Shown: piece after piece, positions 55,124 through 64,000 of the stretch
Numbering within the stretch: position 1 is the stretch's first letter
Layout: every line of letters starts with the position of its first letter
Assembly: GCF_006345805.1 (NCBI RefSeq)
Contig: NC_043000.1
Span: 146,134,001-146,198,000, forward strand
From: Octopus sinensis
Taxonomy: Eukaryota
Length of the DNA stretch: 64,000 nt
Direction of reading: 5' to 3'
Position numbers and translations under genes: made by a program
The notes under the pieces: generated by a model
Told to the model about the DNA's origin: nothing
Seen by the model: the letters and a program-made list of their open reading frames with translations, nothing else
Databases searched by the model: none

Positions 55124-55260
55124 TAATAATAATAATAATGATGATGATGATGAGGATAATGATGATGATGATAATAATAATAATAATAATAATGATAATA
55201 ATAATAATGAGAACAATAATAATGATAATGCTGGTGATAATAATAATAATAATAATAATA

Positions 55261-55301
<41 letters not shown>

Positions 55302-55322
55302 GTAAAAATAATAATAATAATG
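55105..55322. repeat. (AAT)n/(GAT)n microsatellite
   Basis: Directly visible; other simple tracts include (GAA)n 15565-15660 and 33121-33190, (GATA)n 34250-34390, (TA)n 23105-23355. Confidence 0.95.
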
Positions 55323-55648
55323 ATAGGGAGTATAACCCCAAGCTTACAGGGAAAAATTCAATTTAGTATTAAATCAAATTTCACAATATAAGTATATAAT
55401 ATATATGAATTAGAGAAAATCCACTATTATGCAATTCAAACTACTTTCTAAGTCTCAAACTCAGCCAACGGAGCCTCCTCCATAACAACAATCACGATTC
55501 CACTTCCCCAAGAAACATTTTTCACAAGAAATATTTTTCTATTTGATTATTCATCAAAACATTACCGTCATTATTGTTGACTTATAGTTTGAATTGATTA
55601 ATAGTAGCTTTTTCACTAATTTATATATATATTATACACACAGACACG

Positions 55649-55723
<75 letters not shown>

Positions 55724-55724
<1 letters not shown>

Positions 55725-55953
55725 CTCTCTCTTTTTACTCTTTTACTTGTTTCAGTCATTTGACTGCGGCCATGCTGGAGCACCGCCATTAGTCGAGCAA
55801 ATCGACCCCGGGACTTATTCTTTGTAAGTAAGCCCAGTACTTATTCTATCGGTCTCTTTCGCCGAACCGCTAAGTGACGGGGACGTAAACACACCAGCAT
55901 CGGTTGTCAAGCAATGCTAGGGGAACAACAGACACACAAACATATCACACACA

Positions 55954-55996
<43 letters not shown>

Positions 55997-56160
55997 ATAT
56001 ATAGCGACAACGCTTCTTTCAGTTACCGTGTACCAAATCCACTCACAAGGCATTGGTCGGCCCGGGGCTATAGCAGAAGACACTTGCCCAAGACGCCAGG
56101 CAGTGGGACTGAACCCGGAACCATGTGGTTGGTTAGCAAGCTACTTACCACACAGCCACT
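55724..56160 (-). mobile_element. tRNA-derived SINE, family A
   Basis: Reverse-complement copy between (CA)n and (GA)n tracts. Confidence 0.9.
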
Positions 56161-56484
56161 AAAGAGAGAGAGAGAGAGAGAGAGAGATAAGCATAAGTAA
56201 TTCTTATCGTCACATACACATGCGTGTTTTATAAAAACAGACGATTTTCTTATCGGGCTAAAGCACATGTATATTTACATATATATAGCAAGTAGATAAT
56301 GGTCTGTAAGTATTACAATATTAAATTTTGTAGTAGAAAGTCGTAACTCATTTCAATTCGTAACTTAAGCTTTTTAGCAAAAGACAATAGCTACGTCCGA
56401 GCGTACACACTCTTGCAAACAAATGCATGATCATACACTCATAAACACTCAAAAAATACATACACACAAAAACACCACAAACAC

Positions 56485-56529
<45 letters not shown>

Positions 56530-56539
56530 TATATATATA

Positions 56540-56572
<33 letters not shown>

Positions 56573-56575
56573 ATG

Positions 56576-57053
56576 TATGAAAAAACAAGTCAAAAAAAGA
56601 AAATGCTAAGATAATTTTATAGTGAATCTTTCAGTAACCGGTTTCGGTCATTTTGAGACCTTTTCAAACGTAACGATTAAATAATTAAATTTAGAAAAAT
56701 TAGAAGAAAGCTTTTTAAAAGAATATTTCTATAGTAGTGTTCAGATGTAAGTGGCATTCTGCCTTTCTCTGACTCCCTTGTTTGCACTTGTGTGTTCGAG
56801 GTCGTTGTGAGTTCTTGGTAGGGTAGGTGAAGAAGAAGGCTGATGAGGAGAGGGGCTGGGGAAATCTGGGAATGCCTTGATGGTCGTATTTTGAATGGTC
56901 AGTGGCGGACAACAGTCGCAGTTCAATTCAGGAATTGTTTATGGAATTTGCGTAGGCGTTATATTGAAAGACATTAGTGACAAGGTTAAGGGGTAGAAGG
57001 TGGAGAAGTAGAAGAAGAAGAAGAAGATGACGATTTTGATGATGATGATGATG

Positions 57054-57084
<31 letters not shown>

Positions 57085-57421
57085 TGTCCACCACTGACCA
57101 TTCAAAATACGACCATCAAGGCATTCCCAGATTTCCCCAGCCCCTCTCCACATCAGCCTTCTTCTTCACCTACCCTACCAAGAACTCACAACGACCTCGA
57201 ACACACAAGTGCAAACAAGGGAGTCAGAGAAAGGCAGAATGCCACTTACATCTGAACACTACTATAGAAATATTCTTTAAAAAAAACTTTTCTTCTAATT
57301 TTTCTAAATTTAATTATTTAATCGTTACAGTTGAAAAGGTCTCAAAATGACCGAAACCGGTACTGAAAGATTCACTATAAAATTATCTTAGCATTTTCTA
57401 TTTTTGACTTGTTTTTTCATA
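56576..57421. mobile_element. Penelope-like inverted repeat (arms 56576-56913 and 57083-57421, ~170-bp spacer with (GAA)n/(GAT)n)
   Basis: ~340-bp arms are near-identical reverse complements. A degenerate minimal hammerhead lies near each outer end. Confidence 0.6.
57328..57365 (+). ncRNA. Degenerate minimal type I hammerhead (Penelope-type)
   Basis: CAG-[TTGAAAA, vs CUGANGA]-GGTC-tcaaaat-GACC-GAAA-CCGG-TA-CTG: intact stems I and II and a palindromic ACCGGT stem III, but two core substitutions. Confidence 0.5.
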
Positions 57422-57745
57422 TATATCAACTCGTGTGTTCCTTTCCACCCTTATACATATATATATATATATAATCAAAATCAATAATAACATATGTTGG
57501 ATAATTGTTATGTAATACATGTTTCTTACGTAACATTTTGATAGAAGAATAAAAACCTTTTATTCAATATAAAAGACCGTAATCATCATATGAGAAGTAA
57601 TTTTACAAACAAAATAGTATCCAAGAATACAGCAGGGATGTCTCTGTGAGGCCAAGTATGATATGGGGGAATAACCAACAATGTAGGCAGTTTAGGTTAA
57701 GAATATGTTCCTTGCAATTTGATATCTAAGTTCATTTTACTTTAC

Positions 57746-57777
<32 letters not shown>

Positions 57778-57782
57778 CTATC

Positions 57783-57815
<33 letters not shown>

Positions 57816-57971
57816 TATATATATATATATATATCCTTTTTTCCTCTTTTTTCTTCTTTGTTTATTTCCTTTTTTTCTTTTTTTTCTTTTTGTTTCATCC
57901 CCAAAAGAAAAGCTTCAACTTTTTAATTTGTCCCTTATGTGTGGCCAATAAAGAAACTTATATATCTATCT

Positions 57972-58031
<60 letters not shown>

Positions 58032-59090
58032 TTATATTTATATATGTATGCATATATATATATATGCATTCACCAGTACACACACATGTATATATGGATA
58101 TACATATGTGGTTGTGTGAGTGTGTGCTTACTTCTGTCTTTGTCTATTGAAGTCAATTTGTATTTATGTGAATTTGCTCCGATGTGTATATAGTTATAAA
58201 TATTCTTACATGTACGAGTGTGTATGTATAATACACACAAAACAAACTAAATATAAATATAAGCAGAATAATAGAGGAACGTTTAGATAGGCCTAGCAAA
58301 ATCCAACGAAACACCCATGCATACGAATCTACTAAAATAAAATCTGCTATATGTATATATAATATTGAGAAAAGAGAGATAAATAAATGGAACATAGAAG
58401 TATGTTTATTTGGGTGTTTTTCTTTTACTTTTGGCAAAAATTCAAACTATTATAATGGTTTTATAACAATAAGAATGAAAATAAAGACCTGAAAACTATC
58501 CAAAGTTGCTAACAGAAAATAATAACGGGGATTCCTTTTAAATGACAGAAAAAAAATAGTTAGTTACGTGGGTGGGGAATATTACAGAATATAAACATGT
58601 CAAAGCAGAATTTTCGTGATATCTTCCAGAAAATCTAATAAATTGAATAAAAATGTTGATTTCAAATATCGGGGATTTTATTCTTGTCAAGGGAGTGTCG
58701 ACGAAAAAGAAAAGAAACTTGATAAAAAATACAATACAAATATCGTAAAGTAGCGTAGAAGAGAAACATGGCCATTATATAATGGTATTAAGTGAAATTA
58801 TTAAAATTTTACAAATAAATCGTATCTTAGTACACGTTCTGGACATTATCTTAAACCAAAATAGTAAAATAAATTTGAAAATCTGACAAAAGAATAACGC
58901 TTATGATATGAAGCATATTCACAGATACACATACAAGTGTATAAGCGTGTAGCTTTGTATACATATATTCATAGACACAAACACAAACATGTTCACTCAA
59001 CACACACTCCAATATATATCTAGAAATATCTGTAACATGTATGTATGTATGTAAGTTTGTATGTATCTGAATATCTATTTTATAAAGATA

Positions 59091-59189
<99 letters not shown>

Positions 59190-59946
59190 TATATATATGC
59201 ATCTATATCTGTGTGTAGGGTTTTGTGTGTCTATGAATATTTTTCGCGTGGAAAGTGGAAAGTGTCCGTCGAAACATAAATTGCTAGTAATAAACTCAGA
59301 GTATCGGCTGTATTCTATAATGTATAGAATTACCGGTATTTGTATATGTGTGTGCGTGCGTGTGCGCGTTTGTGTCTGTGTGTGTGAGTGCGTGGGCAAA
59401 TATCATACGTACAAACAAGCATATAAATATGTATGTATACGAATGTATTTTTACTTATCTGCGTTTGAGGAAGATTATGGGCATCTTTATATGTGGTGAC
59501 TTTAAAAGGATATGATTTGCTATATTTCCCAAAGAAAAGATCTTGCATACGCCCATACAAACACACAAATGCACAAACATATATATTTATATGTGTGTGT
59601 GTGTGTGTGTGCATGATTATGTGTATGTACGTATGTATGTATGTATGTATGTGCATACGTATGTATTAATAAACCATACACTTTGACAAGTAGATGCTTT
59701 TCAATATGGAGCAGTATGAGTAAATGGGTATATTTATATGTGCACCGATATAAAAAGAAAATGCACAGACTTATCTTACTTCATCAACACACAAACATTC
59801 ATATATGTCTATATATCTATCTATCTTTATATATATATATATATATACAGAGAGAGAGAGAGAGAGAGAGAGAAAGAAAGAGAGATACCTAAGGTGTAGG
59901 TACAGGAAGTTGTCAGACTCTGCCTTAGGAGAGAACCACCATATAT

Positions 59947-59985
<39 letters not shown>

Positions 59986-60248
59986 TATTTTCTATGTATG
60001 TAGATTTTTTTTTATTTAATCATACATATGTATACGTACATATATTTTCGTTTCTATGTATGTACGTATGTAGCTATGGTGTGCCTTGAATACACCCATT
60101 TATGCAACGATATAAGTATCTGATACTCATGTACTTTACTGACATCAACTTTCGAGTAAGATATATATATATATATATATATATATACTCTCACTTCCTA
60201 CTGCATATTCCTAGAAAAACGACTAACACACACCACACCTATATATAT

Positions 60249-60306
<58 letters not shown>

Positions 60307-60921
60307 GTATGTATATATTACTATATAGGTATGCATTTGATCAAAATAAATCAACACAGACAATTCTACACATTTGCGACTGATCCATATCTCAAAATTT
60401 CGCACACAGCTCACCAAAATACAGGTACTATACAGTTACTAAGCTGTAGTTGTGCATACTTAGATAGACGTAGGCATGCAGCTAAACATATACCTGTCTA
60501 TATATATATATATATATATATACACACTATATCTGTGTGTGTGCACATATTAATATTTTTATAGTAACATATTTTTTCTTTATTTTAGATAGATACACGT
60601 GTGTGTACATATGAACATATGTTTGTGATTAAGGTGTTTGAATTTGCGTGTATTTTGTGTATGTATGAATGTACATAGGTGTGCGTGCACACCTAATAAT
60701 TTAAATGGGAATTCATAATAAAATTGTCAAAACACTTGAGATTTTTCAGAGACAAAAAAAGTACATAAAAACATCGAGAGGAATGTAAATAAAAAAAAAG
60801 ATAAACAGTGGTTTATTTTTCTTTGAAAGAAGAAATCTTATCTTTAAGAATACTGGTCGAAATGAATCGGATTGATGGACAAAAATATCTCAATATAGAT
60901 ACACACACACACACACACACA

Positions 60922-60959
<38 letters not shown>

Positions 60960-61310
60960 CTATATATATGTGTATATTTATATATACGTGTGTATGTATG
61001 TATGTGTATCATACATCACTGTACCAACATTTTTCTCACTTTTCAAAGCTACGTTTTTAAATTATATATTTTTTTATTTCTTATCTCAGGAATGTTTTGT
61101 CTGAAAACTTGAAGAATATCGCTAAGTAGTGAGAACGTGTGAGTTGAGGATAGAGAAAAAATTGGAAGTGTACTTATGTATTTAGATTCATATGTAGTTT
61201 ATAACTACTATCACACATGTAAATAAGTGTTTGCGTATATATATATATATATATATACAAATATCCATACATATATATATACATATATATACACATACAT
61301 ATACATGCAT

Positions 61311-61348
<38 letters not shown>

Positions 61349-61695
61349 ATGTACGTATGTATTATCAATGAAATAGTTATATGGTTATCGATTTATAAAG
61401 TGGAAGAATGATATAAAGATATATATTTTTAATGAAATATATCTACATAAATTGCTAATCTGTTACACACACACACATACATACACACATATGTGTGTAT
61501 GAGAGAGAGAGAGAGAGAGAGAGGTGTGTTGATAGAGAGGAGAGAAAACGAATGGTATTTAGAGAGATAGAGAGATAGAGAGATATGTACGTTTAGATAC
61601 AAAGAAACATTTTTGCTTTCATACACTCATATACTCGTATAGATAGATAGATAGATAGATATACATACAAATATATATGCATATATGTATAATTA

Positions 61696-61760
<65 letters not shown>

Positions 61761-63628
61761 CGTATGTTTGTACCTACTTACGTATGTATGTACTCACATA
61801 TATAGCAGCTAGAAATTCCCTAATCTTGAGAAAGAATGGTCGGTGGTTACTGTGTATGTTATGAGAATGAAAGTTAATTTTTCTTTTAAATGTACACTGA
61901 AGGCGTGAAAAAAAACCTGTGTGTAATAAAAACCTCAATAAGAGAATGAAAGGAAAAGGTATGGGTTCCAAAAATGTATTTCGATTCTATTTACCAACTT
62001 AGGTACCCCATATTTATTCTAGTTTATCCACGCATTGATGTGCATCTCTATATCAAAATATTTTACTTCATTTAAGATACGGCAAGTACAGTTGCATTCT
62101 ACGAGGTTCTCTTCCATCCTAGTGGTAGAAGTCACATCGTGTGTTACAAATTGTTCAGATAAGCAATACTATGAATAGCTGACATAACACGATTCATTAC
62201 AAGTATGAACGCTTACAAGCTTGCATTCACGCATATATTCGTACATTCTTCTTAGTATAGGTGTATCTATATTTGTTTCTCTCTATCTGCCTCTCGTTCT
62301 TTAAATAAATATGAGGTGTATGCGTGCGTGTGTTTATGTGTGTATGCGTACGTATGTGTGTATTTGTACATATGTGTGTATACATCACATACGCTGGTGT
62401 ATCTGGCTACAAATTTTGAATGTTGACAAGAATCCAAAGCGAAGATATACATTCCCTTTGTCTCCTTGTCAGAAATAAATGGAATCAGTATTTGGCGTGT
62501 TGAAAACGGATTACAAAACATGCTATTTTTAACAAAATACCATAATAAATGCATGCCTAAATGTATATAAGTGTATATACATATACACACACACACGTGC
62601 GCACATACATACATTCACACACACCCCCCACACACACACACATAGGCATATGTACATACAGGCATACATACAATACAGACACACTCATGTGAAAGTGAGA
62701 GAATGCGTTGGAAATCATTCAGTTAACAGTTTATGCCTCTCGCGTTCAAAGATATGACACAGGATAAGGTATTTCCCACCACACATCAAATTACTGAAGG
62801 AATTTGTGAGGAAGATATTTGAGATGATGAGAAAATATAAGATATAGTTCTCAGAGGAACAGCTTTCACAGAGTTCTAACAAAAATACAACCTTTCAAAC
62901 AATAATTGTTCACTTTGACAGGGAATACATCTTTGTGAATCTAATATAAGTACTCAGTTCATGTATCTCCAAATAGTCGTTAGGGAATTCGTGTATAATT
63001 TAGTAACTTACAGCTATATTCATCAAACTGGAATCTAATTGTACTATAATTTCGACATGATTGTCCTAGTAAGTTATGAATTCACAACCTGATACTGTAT
63101 AATTTTACTCAACAATTACCAAGACCTATATAGCGATTTATAATTTGGTAAAACCTGAGCCAGCATTTTGTTGTATTTCTGTCGAAGTTACTAGTGAACT
63201 TTTAGTTGTTATTTACTTATAGGTCGAGGCTTGTGGTTTGTACAATAGTTGGTTTATATACTTTAAACTCCCTTTGAAGGTAGTCCCACACGACTTTTAT
63301 AGAGATGAAAGCCAGTAATGTTGCGCCATAAGATTTACTTTCGTATCACTCGATGCAGTTACAAAATTTAGCTTAAGAATAGCAAATCTCTACAATAACC
63401 GATACGTTGAGATATTACGTTAGACGTACAATATTCACATATTGACTAATAACATGCCAGATTAAACGTTGCGATATATGAATAAGTTCTCCGGTTGCCC
63501 TCGGTTAGTCTTGAAAATTTTCGGAAGTCAAATTTGTCGCCGTAATTCAAACTTTTCACATGCTGAAGAAATACGTAAACGTTAAAACTTTACTTGAAAA
63601 CTGAATTGTTTACGAAAAGATGTAAGAC

Positions 63629-64000
63629 ATACATACATACATACATACATACATACATACATACATACATACATACATACATCATTTCCGTCCACTCGTG
63701 ACCGAGGGAGACCATTCTTGGCCTTCAGGAACATTGTGCGCTCTAGGACTAAAATATATTTTGCATTTGCGGATCCGGTCGTGGCGAATGAGCCCTGCTC
63801 TTGACAAGAATACACGACTGCAAACATTGCAAACGAAGCTTTCCCCATTCACTACACTAGCAATGCGCTTTCGAGCAGCACGCTTAAATTCTTCATGCAG
63901 AATACGTGCTTTCTGAAAAGGGTCGAGCCCCTCCTTAACCTGCTTCCACCGTCTTTGGTGATGACAGGTATTACTCTCCCAGTCATTCTCCTGTATATCA
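63629..64000 (-). mobile_element. RTE-clade LINE 3' end with uninterrupted reading frame (63999 to stop at 63682) and (ATGT)n tail; runs off the window
   Basis: DIQENDWES..RWKQVKEG..F..AR....KRAARKR..FVCNVCSRVFLSRAGLIRHDR, typical of the RTE C-terminus with a CxxC..H zinc-finger-like motif; (TACA)n at 63629-63681. Confidence 0.8.

Noticed and set aside
56836-56880. CTGATGA...GAAA in the left arm of the 56.6-kb inverted repeat
   Set aside because: No stem II, G at the cleavage position, and not conserved in the other arm.

Overview
AT-rich, microsatellite-dense eukaryotic DNA with no convincing protein-coding gene. The interspersed repeat families look like those of an Octopus genome (inference from repeat motifs, not a search). 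Most of the window is tRNA-derived SINEs (3 families, about 19 copies), decayed LINEs (L1/Tx1, R4/Dong, CR1, RTE), Tc1/mariner remnants, a non-autonomous Helitron, MITE-like hairpins and long (TA)n/(CA)n tracts. Almost all listed ORFs are microsatellite or repeat artefacts. The standout is 29629-32505, a tandem array of a ~490-bp unit. Each unit carries a type I hammerhead ribozyme motif (CUGAUGA...GAAA...GUA cleavage triplet, long G-U-rich stem II) and several other hairpins. The array flips orientation at a fold-back junction (~30886) and is flanked by a TSD-like direct repeat. This is the architecture of a non-LTR retrozyme (self-cleaving, potentially circRNA-producing, non-autonomous retroelement). 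Two further inverted repeats (28644-29545, 56576-57421) carry degenerate Penelope-type minimal hammerheads with the same polarity. Caveat: frequent 1-nt indels between copies suggest a noisy long-read consensus, so copy differences and fold-backs need raw-read validation. All translations and pairings were done by eye.
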